Shown piece by piece: positions 43,021-56,605 of a DNA stretch of 64,000 bases (its first letter is position 1; every line of letters begins with the position of its first letter). A program made the position numbers and the translations under genes. This DNA comes from Eledone cirrhosa (taxonomy: Eukaryota). The stretch covers positions 103,354,001 through 103,418,000 of the forward strand of contig OZ024740.1 in the NCBI GenBank assembly GCA_964016885.1. The letters run 5' to 3'. The notes below the pieces were generated by a model. That model did no database searches. It saw only the letters and a list, made by a program, of their open reading frames with translations, and was not told the DNA's origin.

Positions 43021-45734
43021 AATCTTCTCTTGGAGGTGTTAGTATTTCTTTAGGCTGTCGGTATTCTTCTTCTTGCTGGCGAAGGAAGTGAGACAGGAGT
43101 CATCGCTTGACGAGGTCTCAGGTGTTGTTGTTGTCACTTCGGAGTTCAGGATGCGAGAGAGTATACCTTCGGAGGAACGCGCCTCACCGAAGGCCAGCAG
43201 CCAAAAGGTGAAATGAGAGGGAGATAGCTCTCAGCTCTCGCCTTTATAGTTCCCCGGACGGAAGTCACAAAGAAGGTTCTGCAACCTCAATGGGAAGTAA
43301 CTCCAGCTACTTCCTGTCTAGAAAGCGCTACAGGAATCCCCTTCCAGACGAGAAGTCGAATGACCAAATGAAATCATTGTAGCGAGAACACGAGGAGCAA
43401 GGCAAAAGGTACAAGAACATGAATGAACAAAACATGAGCAAGCAAATAGCAAAATGTGCATGAAAAAATCAATGATAGATATCAAGGTAGTCAACCGCTC
43501 TTGGCCAGAGAACCACTGGACATCTATCTATCCATCACACAAAGATACAATGTAATCAACCTAAAAGAAGAGGTCAAAGGAGCAAAGAAACGTGCTCGAA
43601 CATAGTTATTAAAAAAAGTTCAAATGTTCAAAAATAAAGTTAACAGGTACGTAAGCACATGACAGCAGAAAAGAGAGTGTGTCCTCCAGAGAATGGATGC
43701 AGGTGGTTTCTGGACTGTGGTACAACGTGAAATTCCCAACCTCCGAAGGAGGTGGGATTGTCTCACAGGAAGAGTGTTGCAAAAATAAATTCTCTGTGTT
43801 TTGTTCTGCTGGTTTTGGTTGTTGATAAAGCAAAGATGAAGCTGTGTTGTTGTTTCGCGGAGTGAGATAACCTATTCGATGTTGTTTTAATTCACAGAAA
43901 AAATGAGTTGCGCAAAGTACTAGAAATAACAGCCAAAGTTGATGGCCGATGTTGAGAACGCGTTAACCTGGCAGGGTCAAGAGGCCAGCGACCATAGAAA
44001 TAAACATTCTGAATAAATGCGCAGTTTTCAACAGCAAATTTACGTGGTAAATTTTTAAACCGGCAAATAGGAGAATATCGCTTAAGGCTGAAGAATCCTT
44101 GGCAAGAAACATTATCTATGGCGTGTGTTATCTCAGTGAGTCGAGATGTGTGCTCCCACACACGTGCCGAAACAAGGTTAAAGTCAAGTTGAATAAAAAA
44201 AAAAATATTTCCTTTGCGCGAGAAAATGGCGCGAAAATGACAGTGGAACAGGTCGTTGGCAGCCATTTTGAAAAATTTGTGTGTGAACGTGACAATATGA
44301 TGAAAAAGAAGGAAAGGCTATATTCACTTTGTATAGCAAATATGGCGAGAGTTCAATTTTTTGGTGAAAGTGATGAAAAAGTAGCGAAAAAGGCTTAGTT
44401 GAATGAGTAAGCGAGCTGTGATGTTCATCAAAATTGACATGTTAAATATAAGAATACAGGAGTCCAAGTCTTTTTGAGTGTTCGTTGTGAGAAGAACGAA
44501 GGATATATCCAGTGAGTGAAACACATTTAAACGATGTAAACACGTGAGGTGAAGAGCAAAATTTGTTCTTGTTTGTTTGCTGCTGAGAAAAAGATTACCT
44601 GTATTTTTCGTTGTAGACAGTTTCGGAAAAAAAATCCATGTGGAATGTTGTTAGAGAAAAATAAAAAAAATAAAAATACTTGTAGCAAGAGTTGCCTCCC
44701 TTGTTATGACAATCACATCACCGCTCTCTAGACAGGAAGTAGCTGGAGTTACTTCCCGTTGGGGTGGCAGAACCCTTTTTGTCACTTCCGTCCTGAAACC
44801 CTATAAAAGGGACAGGTAAGGGCGATCTCACTCTCTCGCCTCCTGAATCCCAAAGTGTTAACAACACCTGCGACCTTGTCATGAGATGACTCCTCTCTCA
44901 TTTCCTTCGCCATCAAGAAGAAGAATTCCTCCCTCATTTCCTTCGCCACTCAAGAACAATGCCACCGGCAGCCTAAGAAGATGTTAACACCTCCAAGAGA
45001 AGATCTCTGTTCTTCTCCACACACTTCAGCCTAGGAGTTGTGACCAACGGGTAACCATTTATTTATATTAATCCATTTGACTTCTGTGAAGTAAAACCTT
45101 GTCACAACACACACCGGCATTTATTGTCATTTCTGATAATGCATATATGTACACCGATACTAATCTCCTAAATACTGCTAATTAATTTTTTTTTTTTCAT
45201 ATTCACACAACACCAAGTCCTATTATTTTTTTTCTCGGGGTCACCAATTATAACAGGACACTGGGTTGTATGTACAATATTTATTTACGAAGATTGAGCT
45301 GAGTAGAGCTGAATAGTTGACATGCCAAGAGAGATGAAACAATGAATTAAGGAATTCAGGAGGCACGGTCTACTGGCCGAGATGTTGCCAGGCCGTGGTT
45401 AAGTTGTTGTGTTACGTGTTGGCTAGTGATTTCACGATGAAAGAAAGTTAGGTGTTTTTTTGCAGTCAGGATGCGAGAGAGTATACCTTCGGCGGAACGC
45501 GCCTGGCCGAAGGCCAGCAGCCAAAAGATGAAATGAGAGGGACTGATGGCTAGCCAGCCCTCAGATATATAGTCCCCAGGGGGACGCAACTCCATTTAGT
45601 ACCTGAATCTGCCAATGGGGGTCGCGCCTGTCGCAAAGGGGCGTAACTCCTATACGTGCTGAGTTAAGACCGTCGTAAAGGGACACAAATCCCATACGTG
45701 CTGAGTCACAGCCGTAAGGGGTCGCTACGCTACA
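43021..45734 (-). mobile_element. Second non-autonomous LTR element nested in the Gypsy RT, with an opposed LTR at ~44720-45180
   Basis: Interior 43465-44500 homologous to 39145-40110; PBS TGGTGACCCCGA at 45235-45246; LTR 45249-45734; partial dissimilar LTR 43021-43332. Confidence 0.8.
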
Positions 45735-46869
45735 AGGATGTAGGATTGGGGAAATCTAAAATCAACTTAACTTTGTCGTGAAGAAGGTGGATTCCTTATT
45801 CGCCGATGCGGTGTCCCAGACAATCGAAAGAAGAAACGCCGAAAAAGCATTTTCTGGGGTTGATTGACACCAAACTGAGAAAAACGCTCGGAAAACAGTT
45901 GTTGGTGCTTTTCGTGTTCCTCATTAAATGTGCTGGCTACCAGCATATCATCAATATATGCGTAGACGAAGGGAATCCGCGTACTACATGTCAGTGAAAC
46001 GTTGGAAGGTTGATGCCGTATTGCGTAAACCAAGTTGCATCCTAAAGCACTCAAAAAGGCAGGATGGAGTCGTAATGGCAGTTTTTGGAATATCATCTGG
46101 TTAGAGAGGAATCTGGTTGTATGCCCGCACCAGATCGGTTTTCGAAAAAATCCTAGCTCTGTGTATGGTAGCAGAGAAATCCTGTATGTGGGGCACATGA
46201 TACATATCAGGTTTCGTACGTGTTTTAAGAAACCGATAATCCTCACAAAATCGCCAGTACCTGAAACATCTTGGTAACCATGTAAATGGGTGAAAACCAA
46301 CTGCTTCTGAATGGTGGAACAATGCCCAGTTCTAGCATATGATCGAACTCGGCTTTAGCAATCCTAGCGCAATCAGGAGTGAGTCGACGTGGATCAGTCA
46401 CGATATGATGCGTAACACTGTAGGTCAAAGACCGACTGTTAAACACAGGGCATGGTATCTGCATGGAATAGCGTCTGCCCGAGTGAAGTGGGTTTAAGAA
46501 AAGCGGACTCAGGGTGGACGTCCTAGTACTGATACCACACATATTGAGGCCAGTTATGGAATCAACCATTCTGTTGTGTTTAACATCTACCAGTAGGCCG
46601 AAATGATGTAGGAAATCCGCTCCTACAATCGGAGTAGGTAACTTGGCGACGACAAACATCAACTGGAAAACTCAGATGAGACATAGATCCAGGGCACGTG
46701 ACTTTTCTCCGAATGTAGAGATTGGAGAGTGGTTAACCGCCTGTTAAAAGCCTTAGAGAAGGTATTCTCTGGCTGACTCGTGTAGGCCAGGTGGCCTGGA
46801 TCTCTGAAAAGGTAATCGAGGGTGATAATCTCTATTTTCAAAAAGGGAGACAAGATAGATTGCTCCAAT

Positions 46870-48365
46870 TTTAGAAGAATCTCCTTGTAAAGCCTCCCCA
46901 GTAAAGTCTATGCTAAGTGTCTGGTAAAGAGATTGTTGAGTCCAAGCTAGCTGATGAAGTTTGGTTTTCACCCCGGATGTAACCAGCCGACCAAATATTC
47001 ACACTTTTGCATATCTTTGAGAAATCGTGGGAATACTAAGAAGAGGTGTATGCTTGCTTTGTTGACCTCGAAAAGATATACGACTGCATTCCTCGGGACC
47101 TGTCGCGGAAGGTTCTGTAGCGGCATTACTTCATAGCTCGCAACAACAATCTTTCATGCGCGAGTTGATCACTGGTTGATCAAGCGTGTAAGTCGTGAAG
47201 AATATACTTACTTCCACCCAACTAAGAATTTCGCGCTTCTTTTGTTGACTAAAACTAGTTGTTGCTTTCACTTCAAGAAGATAACATCCATTTTCCTTTC
47301 CGTATCAACAATAGCAAAATGTAACGGCAAATAAGAAACTTTCGCCCTATCGGTGAGGGACCATTTTCTTTTATCAAACACTTATTTTTGTTCATTCACT
47401 TTTGCGGCATGCCGGCAACAATTTCTTGTAATCTTGTACGGTTGTAAATAAACCATTGTATAAATGTTAAAAGCCTTCTGATATTTCTGCCACCAACGAA
47501 TCTGCACACACACTAAAAAGACAACGTCGGACGTGATATGGGAAAATCCGTTTTACCTAAGTTCTATCATTCCACAACAACGAGTACAATATTTGACTTC
47601 GCTAAGTCACTTGCCTACAACTATCTTACAGATTCGTCTCCTTTCGTAGCGACAACTTTCAACCAAGCTACAATCATTACTAACGTTACACCTACTGCTA
47701 CAAACATCATTTTCTTGCTACTACAACATAACATACATTTTTCTGCCAAAATTCTGCGCGAGTATAGGATCGATGGACAGCTTCTTGTTGCCCTGTTGTC
47801 TCTACATGAATGCCTTACTATTTGTGTTTGTATAAATGGTACTAAATCGAAACCATTCAATGTGGGTGTCGGACTCCGCCAAGGGTGAGTACTGTCACCT
47901 CTCCTGTTCATAATCTTTATGAACTGAATTCACATGCGCAGCTGGGTTGGAAGTGATATTATGACTGGTAGGCGTAACATCAGTTGGTAGGAATTTGCAG
48001 ACTACATGGTAATACTTAACTCGTCACAAGGTGATCTCTGACTTTAACTTAATAGGTTTGATGCCGAGTGCTGCATGGCTGGAATAAAAAAATCAGTGCT
48101 GTTGTTTCAGACACTGATTCTCTGAAGGAAGCCGGTGCAGTGCACTGTACATGTGAATGGAGTTCGAATGAAACAGGTGAAGTTCAAGAATCTCAGGGCC
48201 GTGTTTACGAGTGATGGAAGACAGTAGCCTGAATTAAGTTCAAGAATTGCAGGAGCAGGTGCAGTAATGGGCCGGCTTCAGTATTAGGTAACCAAAAGAA
48301 GGGAAGTAGATGTAAAAGCCAAATTCGCTATCTTCAATTCGGTATTCGTTCCAGCCCTTACCGTT
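46870..48365 (+). pseudogene. Old RTE-clade LINE RT remnant interrupted at ~47100-47750
   Basis: DQIFTL..FEKSWEY..CFVDLEK.YD, then GLRQG.VLSPLLF. Confidence 0.75.
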
Positions 48366-48384
48366 TTCTAATAATTTTTTTTTC

Positions 48385-48770
48385 TATTTTTGGCACAAGG
48401 CCAACAATTACTCAGTACATTACTGGTACTTTTATCGACCCCGAAAGAATGAACGGCAAAGTTAACCTCGGCGGGATTTGAACTCAGACCATAAAGGGTC
48501 GTAACTCTTTGCTGCAAAGCATGACGTCCGACCCTCTACCGATACTGCCAATCCACCGACCTTTCTAATAATAATGGTTTCTGCACAAGGCCAACAACTT
48601 TTGGGGAGAGGAAAGTCGATTAAAATCGACGCAGTACGTTGCTGGTATTTTATTTTATCGACTTTGTAAGGGTAAAATGCAAAGCTAACCTTAGCGGGAT
48701 TTGAACTCAGAACGTAACTATGCTGCGAAACATCATGTCCGATGCTCTACCGATACTGCCAATCCACAAA
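48385..48770 (-). mobile_element. Two tandem older SINEs; further relics near 49520, 50115, 50910, 51750, 52150, 52630, 59000 and 60615
   Basis: ggcacaaggcc...tactggtacttt..atcgaccccgaaag.atgaa.ggcaaagttaacctcggcgggatttgaactc. Confidence 0.8.
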
Positions 48771-49885
48771 GCAGTTTACCCAATACTATCGATTCTGCCA
48801 CTCCTGTTATTAACATTGTTCTATTCAGTTTAGTTGTTTTTTTTTATCGAGGAAAATAATTAAGAATTGTATTGTCTCCCTTTAACTGCTTCAACAATTT
48901 CCGATGACCCCCACCCCCACATGTGGTGTGTGACCAATTGACGTACTTAGTGTTGAATTGGTGTTTTTTTTTTTTTTGTTTTCGTTTTGATTGTATATTT
49001 TTGTGTAATATATCCATTGGGTTCCGAGCAATAATTAATTGATTATATGTATGTATTTCTATCCGATATAAATGTAATAAAAGTTCTCGGTTTACGAACT
49101 CAATTCGTTCTTCACCCGAAATGTTGAGGGACTGTGTGAAAGACAGTTAGATATCACCATAGTAACTAACTACACAGAAAGTGACGCTTTCCCGGCGATA
49201 CTCCAAGCTTGTTGCCGACTTGCGTGTTAGTCACTCGAGACACCGTTCGAAAAAATTGTTTGTGAACCGATTTGTTCATGAAATAAGGTTCCACTATATT
49301 TTTCTCTCGCGAAATGAATACAAAGGAAGCCGGCACCTAGGGTTTCTTATTATGTAAAGGCTAAATGCAAAACTAAAATTATTTCAGAATATATCGGTTA
49401 CAAACTGAAACTAAGATAATTTTTTAACTCACACACACACAAAAAAAGTTGTGTCCATGATAACCTCTTAGTGCCACAGTGAAATGCATCCAATATAGTC
49501 GTAGATTGATAATTGTTTCTACTTTTGGCACAAGGCCAGCAATTACCCAGTGCATTACTGGTACTTTATTTTATCGACCCCGTAAGGATGAAAAGCAAAG
49601 ATTGATAATGTAAGGTAAAAAGGGTTATACATACTTGGCACTGCTCCACTTCTCAGTGGTGAAAACCCATCCTGAAATACATTGGCTTTACTAACTTTTC
49701 TGCTCAAAAAGACAATAATAAACAAAACAAAAAAAAAAAAAAGTCAACCAAAGAACTGTACAAGAAATTTTCTAGAGAAATAGTATCCTCTCAGAATGTT
49801 CTGAAGCACTCCTGAGTACTAAAACCTTGACAGTCCTATATTTTAATTCATACAGTGTATCAAGAACTACATTATCCTTCCTATT

Positions 49886-50093
49886 TTAACCCTTTAGCAT
49901 TTCAACTGGACATATCCGGCCAGAATTCTCTCACCTCTTTCTGCTCAAACTGGCCCCGCATACCAACTTTAAGGTATTGTTCTCAAAATAAATAATATCA
50001 AAATCTCATAAATATGATATTATTTGAGATAAAGCTTTTTACCATGAAAATATAATAGTAAATATAGAGTAATGTAAATGCTAAATGGTTTAA
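49886..50093. mobile_element. Possible piggyBac-type MITE
   Basis: ttaa-ccctttagcattt ... aaatgctaaatggt-ttaa. Confidence 0.5.
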
Positions 50094-51208
50094 GAGGACG
50101 TAATGCAAGGAAGAAGGCAGCAAATTGGCAGAGTCAGATAGAATGCTTGATGGTATATGTTCCGGCTTTCTGCACAGTTCAAATCTCGCCAATGTCAACT
50201 TTGCCTTTCATTCTCTTAAGGTCAATAAAAGAGTTCTAGTTTAGTACTGGGGTTGATTCTTCTTCTATATCTCTTTCTCACTCTCTCTGGAAGAAATCTG
50301 CTGTACTCAAACCTAGAGATAGGCTCTGCCAGGTTAAAAAAAAAACATGCCCCAAGAAATGCTGTATGTCAATATGGTGACCCTATGGGTTATGGATCTA
50401 TCCCACAATGTAAGGGAGGTTGACTGACTATAGTAATACAATCTTTTGGGATAATTTATGAAGTAGATATATTCTTTTTTATTGTTTGCCATCAAACTGG
50501 GGGTACTGCTTGCTAGTGTTTTAGTTGATTATAACATATGTTTTGATTGCCTTAATTCTTTTGAAACCAACCCTATTCTGTTTCTATGAAACTAAACCAC
50601 CATTTTGAAGGGTTCCTACCTAAATTAAAACCCTTCCAACAATCTTATATGATATTTTGTTATGCTACAAATACCACCATAATAAAAATTTTAATTTAGC
50701 AAATCCTTCATTAATTAATTAAAATACAAAGTAAATCATTAGAAATATTGTAATGAAAGGGTTAAACCAATGACAGTAAATACTCCTGGGATAGAACATC
50801 ACTCTAATGTTACTAAACAACGTTGAGACACTGGTGATTGACCAAATCAAACAAAAAAAATATATATAAAGGAAAAACAACACTGATTAAAAGTAATGAT
50901 TTCTAATTTAAGCACAAGGCCAGCAATTTGAAGGGGAGGGGGAAAGATGTTATTGACCCTGTAAGGATAAAAGGCAAAGCTAACCTCAGATCATAAAGGG
51001 GCGTAACTCTATGCTGCTGCCAATCCACCAGATCTGATTTAGGTGCAAGGCCAGTAATTTTTGTGGGATGGGGAAAAGTCAAATCAACAAGGATTACAGG
51101 AAAAGTTGACCATGGAAGGATTTGAACTCAGAATGTAGAGAGATAGAATAAATACAGCTAAGCATTTGTCTAAAGCTCTAACAACTCTGCCAAATCACTT
51201 CCCTGATT

Positions 51209-51239
<31 letters not shown>

Positions 51240-52852
51240 TAGAAGACAAACAACTAATATTGTACAAAATATATTTTATTAGAATATAGTTTTGGTAGGA
51301 GTCTAGGCACAAAACCCCATAATATCACTCAAGTCTGGGTCTTTTGATTTTCTTGTACCATTTCAATTTGTCGAGTTAAGACCTGTTACATAAGATACAT
51401 ATTATTATGCCTTGTAAAATGAGGGACCATTCCTGTTCTTTTAGTGACAGGCTTAATTCATCGCTAGAGTTTAACACCACTGCCACCAGGACCTCTCTCA
51501 ATTAATCCATTAAAAAACAAAAGGATTTCTATGAAAATACAAGGACAAATTTTTTGGGAAGCATTAAGTCAATTTAATTGACCCTAGTACTTGACAAATA
51601 TTTATTTCAGTGATACTGGGAAATGAAATGCAAAACTGGCCTCTGCAGGATTTGAACACCAAGTATAAGAGATATAATGTAGATAGAGACATGAAATGTG
51701 GAGGAAAGAAACAGTCAGTTATAACAACTGGAAGAAGAGAAAGGTATATCCCACAGTATTTGACTGGTACTTTATTTCTTGACCCCCAGAAGGATTGAAA
51801 GCAAAGTTGTCCTCAGTAACATTTGAACTTCTACAATGCTCTTACAATCATGCAAATTCATCATTTAACGCCTGGAGGGGAGGGGGGGGGGGTTAAACAA
51901 TGATGAATTGGTAGGAGGAGTTTAAATCTCTAATTTCTATATTTGTGGGGGTCAATAAACTAAGTACCAGTCAAATACTGTGGTCAATACCTTTCTCTCA
52001 CTGGGAGAAACCAGTCATAGCATCTTTTTTTCCAGAAATGGCAAAGGGTTGAACAAGGTGCTAGCAACTTCGTCTCATCGAAAAACTGACATGCTGCTAG
52101 AATCAACCAAAGATGACCTGATGTTAAGTACAGAATAAAATGGAAATAAAGAATGACTTGACTTGTTTTATTGACCCCAGAATGGGTGAAAGACAAAGTA
52201 AACATTAGCAGGATTTGACTCAAAACATAAAAGGCAGTGTAGTTAACTACTACAAGGTCAGGGCTGAATTAACTTTTAAGCAAAATAAGTACACGTTTAG
52301 GGCATCAAGAAAAGAGAAGCAACATTCTATTTAAATATATTTTTGCAGGGGAATACCATAATTTTTTAAGTGCTTAGGACTCGAAAAGAACTTAAATCTG
52401 ACCCCGAGCAAGACAAAAGACAAGTTAGACGCTTTAAATATTTTTCACTTCTAATAAGAATCTATTACATAAGAACATGGGAGGAAATATTTATGGCAGG
52501 AGCTGTTTCTTATACCGATCCCAGTTCTTGACATAATTTCACCAACCTCTGAAGGATGAAGGGCAAGTCAAGATTTGAACTCAGAACGGAAGGAGCCATG
52601 ACATTTTCTAATCAATCGTCCTTTTAATAATTTTTTCTAATAGGCACAAAGCCAGATATCTGGGCGAGGGGCTAGTTGATCAAATTGACCGATATTTGAC
52701 TGATGGTTTATTTTATCGGCCTTGAAAGAATGAAAGGACAAAGATGACCACGGTGATAATTGCTCTCGGAACACAGTCGAAATAGGCGTTCCTTACTTTT
52801 AGCGGTCTCAATAATGAAAGTAAATTTATTTTCATTTTCGAACGTCGTGTTT

Positions 52853-53433
52853 ACATTTTGTGTGTGTGTTTAAACGCAACATGCTGGCGACCAAGCTTCT
52901 TTGCACGGCTCCATGTGTTCTCTATGAGCTGTGTGTGCACATCAGGGTCCGCAGGATCTACAAAGTTCCGTTCGTGCACCACAACATCATGAACGTAAAT
53001 CCCACCTTCAATTTCCGAATAGGAAACCCAACCATCGGAGATGATGCGAATGCCTGGCAAAGTCCACTGCTGAATGATGGGGACGAGAGTGTCACGGCTT
53101 CGATTTGGGACTTCTACAAGGCAGCAGCGTCCAGAATGGCCTTCAACAGCGCCGAAGACCCAGTGGCCTTGTCTCCACAGGCCACGATGATACTTTCTAT
53201 GGAAGTATTTGGATTCCTCTATCTCGACAATGATGGACTCACCATTCTGCAAGCCTCATTACGGAAATTGAGGAAATTGAAGGTGGGATTTACGTTCATG
53301 ATGTGGTGCACGAACGGAACTTTGTAGATCCTGCGGACCCTGATGTGCACACACAGCTCAGAGAACACATGGAGCCGTGCAAAGAAGAAGCTTCGTTGCC
53401 AGCATGTTTCGTTTAAACATACACACAAAATGT
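52853..53433 (-). pseudogene. Merlin/ISXO2-family DDE transposase fragment with ~160-bp inverted duplication
   Basis: VEIEES..RKYHRG..WVFG..TLVPII..IISDGW..Y..VVH..FVDP..VHTQLIENTW; 52853-53016 is the reverse complement of 53272-53433. Confidence 0.88.
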
Positions 53434-53773
53434 GACGCTTTGACGATTCTATCAATCAAAAGTCCTAAAGTATTTCATTCGTAGGTGGTTTTTTTTTTTG
53501 GAGGGGGGGGGGATTAAAGTTAACATTAATGATGGTGGAATTTAAACCTAGAAGATAAAAGGACATAAATTGATTCAGCCAATAATAATTATTTCTTTAT
53601 TAGCCACAAGGGATTCGCCAATAATAATGAAAATAGTAATAACACAAATGGTAATAGGGCTATATAAAATATATAGAAATTTATTTAAAATATATACTGA
53701 ATATAGTAAGAACCAAAAAAATGCTATTGGTCAGTAGAAATGTTTTGTCACTCGTATATGCAAACGTTCAGAT

Positions 53774-53819
<46 letters not shown>

Positions 53820-55080
53820 TTTGTGTAACCTTTCAAAACCTATGGACAATAGAGTATGATGAATGAAATTAATGCGTGATTTCATTTGAAATTACAAGGA
53901 CAAAGAGTAAGAGCTCGAGGGATGCAATACTGGAGAAGGATCGGTTCGTGTGTTGTTTAAAATGGAGAAAAGAAGGAAGACAGAAAATTAAGAGGGGCTG
54001 AGAGCAATGAATTAGTATTATAGAAGAGAAAAAAGAAAGGATAGCTTGATGATGAACCAATTTGTTGAATACAGATGAACGAAGGTTTTACTATCAAATG
54101 GTTCACTTTAACGTTTTTCTTTAGGCTAGATTGAATATGTAAAATGTGTGTGTAGGCAGTGTTTCTGGTGTATGGGAAGGTACCTAGGCTCTGTAGAAAT
54201 TGGACTTTGTAATCCAATCTTACATATGTATCTACACACAGACGTGTGTATATGCTCGTGTTATCACTTCTTTCCGGGAAAAACGGACGTAAAATGATTA
54301 TATATACTCACACGTGTGTATGTGCACATTTTGAATAAGTGCGTACTTTTCTGAGTAGCGTATGTGAAAATAATGTGTAGATGTTTTTGTATGTCGTGCA
54401 CATACCCCTCTATTCACTAGCCATTCTGAGACTAAAGAAAATAAATAGAATAAAATACTGCGCCTGTATGAATGTATTCTTTTAATATGCATACATTCAG
54501 TCAGGCGCAGTGTTTTATATTTTGGTTTTAGTCTCAGAAAGAAGGGCCAGTGCCCATAGCCTTTCTACTAACTACACTCCGACTGAAGATATTTTAATTT
54601 ATTCAATTCGATGAGGTTAAAATTCACTTTTAACAATTAAAAGTTAGTGAATAAAGGGCACGTGTGTGTGTGTGTGCTATTATTTTAAAGCTAAATAGTG
54701 AGTCTTAATAAAATGAATATTTAAACTACTCTGGTAATGAGTACTCGTCCCCCCCCCCCCCAGCTGTCAATCATATACAGATATGTGTGCGTGTCTGTCC
54801 CTGTGTAAATAAGTGGTTACGCAATATTCATGTATACATGCCAATGCGCGTGTGTGTAAAATAAAAAATTGAATACATGATACATCAACCTAGAGAGAAA
54901 TCAAATACTTCATACTGGGAAAATAGACTAGGAAAATACATGCTTAAAACAAAGATTAAAAAAAATTAAATGATTAATTATAAATTATAAGCAAAAAAAT
55001 TCCTTTGCTTAAAAAAAAATGACGGGATATAAAACCTGCCCAGAATATATCTTGTTTACATTGGGAAACTAACCTGCAGA

Positions 55081-56310
55081 TTAGCTGGGAGATGGTGATT
55101 CCAATTTAACATTAGTTCTAGGAACATTTGTCGGAGTTTCTGTAAATGTTGAGTTATCTAAAGACGAAGAAATCTCAGAGTTTGAGTGTAGTAATTCTCG
55201 CTCGGTTTTCACAGATATTCCGTTATTGCCCGTCTCACTGGAATCTATATCCACCGGTCTTTCATTGTTTGTGAAAATGGGCAAAACAGCGGGAGTATTT
55301 GAGACTCTGCAAATTCGATCATTGTCTGAGAGAACCTGTTTCTGGAGACTGAGCACTAAAGCAACCAATTCTTCTTTCTCTAGTTGTAGAAGGCTTTCCG
55401 TGGTCAGTAGTTTGCCGAAATCTGTGGGCTTGGAATGTTGCAATTCCTGACTTTCGATTAAGCTACAAGACTCCATTCCTGACCACATTGATATATTATC
55501 GGGAAGCGTGAAACTTGTCGCCCCATGTTCAACATTTCTCAAATCCGAAGGACAACCTGCTGCATACAATGGTACCACTGCATCTGTAGATTGACCTATA
55601 GTATCCATACTACAAGAACGGTGACTTAGTTTTGATGAAAAGGGGGTCTCGAAATTGTTCGTTAACCAAGCACTTACCAACGCTGTACTTGACGTAGGGT
55701 TGGATAAGTTATGTTTTTCCCGAGGTATGGGTGTGCTGGATACATTTTGAGTTTTCTTAGATTTTAAATCTATTCTTTTCCATTTTGTTTTCCTAGCAGA
55801 CCTTTTTCTGGGAGGGTTATGTTTGAAATTATTTTGGTGTTCGGAAGATTGGCCGTTTGTCTTGCGTCTTTTCGCTGCTTTCAGGCGCATCTTTGATTTT
55901 TTCAAAAGTTTCGCTTTATTTTTAGCTGAAATATTAACACCGGGTTTGGTTTTTTGGTAGTTGTTGAAGGGTTTACGCAGCGGTACTCTGAAATAACCTG
56001 CGCCGTTACGCGTCGTATGGTGCATCGGAACAGGAGGCAATATATCGGTTATTTTTTGGCGACCCGAATTTTGAAACCCATAATGTATGGAACGTGAAAA
56101 TGAAGCGTATCTAAATCCGGTATTTTCACTACTCCATGGATGTGTATATGGATTAATAATAATTCTGTTGTTGGTAGAATGTGGACGCCAGTAATTGGTA
56201 TTGTTGTTCATGGGATATCTTCGTATATGGTTTGTGTTAGCATTATTTTTGGTGTTCTCGGCGTTGTCAGGACGGGTAAAGTTAAAACGATCTCCTGAAC
56301 GATGATACAT
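55081..56310 (-). CDS. Host protein-coding ORF, 409 aa, basic and low-complexity with a short C-terminal coiled coil (possibly HEXIM-like)
   Basis: 1230-bp uninterrupted ORF in AT-rich non-repetitive DNA; KR-rich segments; donor-like CAG|GTTAGT just after the stop. Confidence 0.75.
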   Translation of the reverse strand: MYHRSGDRFNFTRPDNAENTKNNANTNHIRRYPMNNNTNYWRPHSTNNRIIINPYTHPWSSENTGFRYASFSRSIHYGFQNSGRQKITDILPPVPMHHTTRNGAGYFRVPLRKPFNNYQKTKPGVNISAKNKAKLLKKSKMRLKAAKRRKTNGQSSEHQNNFKHNPPRKRSARKTKWKRIDLKSKKTQNVSSTPIPREKHNLSNPTSSTALVSAWLTNNFETPFSSKLSHRSCSMDTIGQSTDAVVPLYAAGCPSDLRNVEHGATSFTLPDNISMWSGMESCSLIESQELQHSKPTDFGKLLTTESLLQLEKEELVALVLSLQKQVLSDNDRICRVSNTPAVLPIFTNNERPVDIDSSETGNNGISVKTERELLHSNSEISSSLDNSTFTETPTNVPRTNVKLESPSPS

Positions 56311-56449
56311 TTCTTTAACAGCACTAATGTAAACTATAACCTATTTCGTCAGGGTTTTTAATAAAACCAATAGGTTGAATTGCTCTCACTTAACTGAAGA
56401 TCTAAACAACTTTCACTTTAACTCAACTTTTTTCTAACTTTCACGTGTA

Positions 56450-56605
56450 AATTACGGAAACAACCGAAAAGTTTCCGTTAACTTTTTTGTTTTTTATTTC
56501 TACTTGTTATTTGTAGTAAAAAATAATCGATACATTTTTATTTCATTTTAATAATCGATACATTTTTATTTCATTTTAATAATCGATACACTTTTATTTC
56601 GCGGT
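56450..56605. promoter_or_regulatory. Candidate promoter: three tandem AATCGATA (DRE-like) sites plus inverted CGGAA/TTCCG sites
   Basis: 28-bp tandem aataatcgatacatttttatttcatttt (about 2.7 copies), ~200-300 bp upstream of the 56310 ATG. Confidence 0.4.

Larger units (their letters stand above)
41345..46662 (-). mobile_element. Decayed Ty3/Gypsy pol (protease-RT-RNaseH-integrase) with nested insertions
   Basis: PIVGADFLHHFGL, KAEFDHMLELGIV, FSKTDLVRAYNQIP, YIDDMLV, WQPISFFSKRL, HKPL, IDIVGPL, PAANGMVERFHRQLK. Confidence 0.92.
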
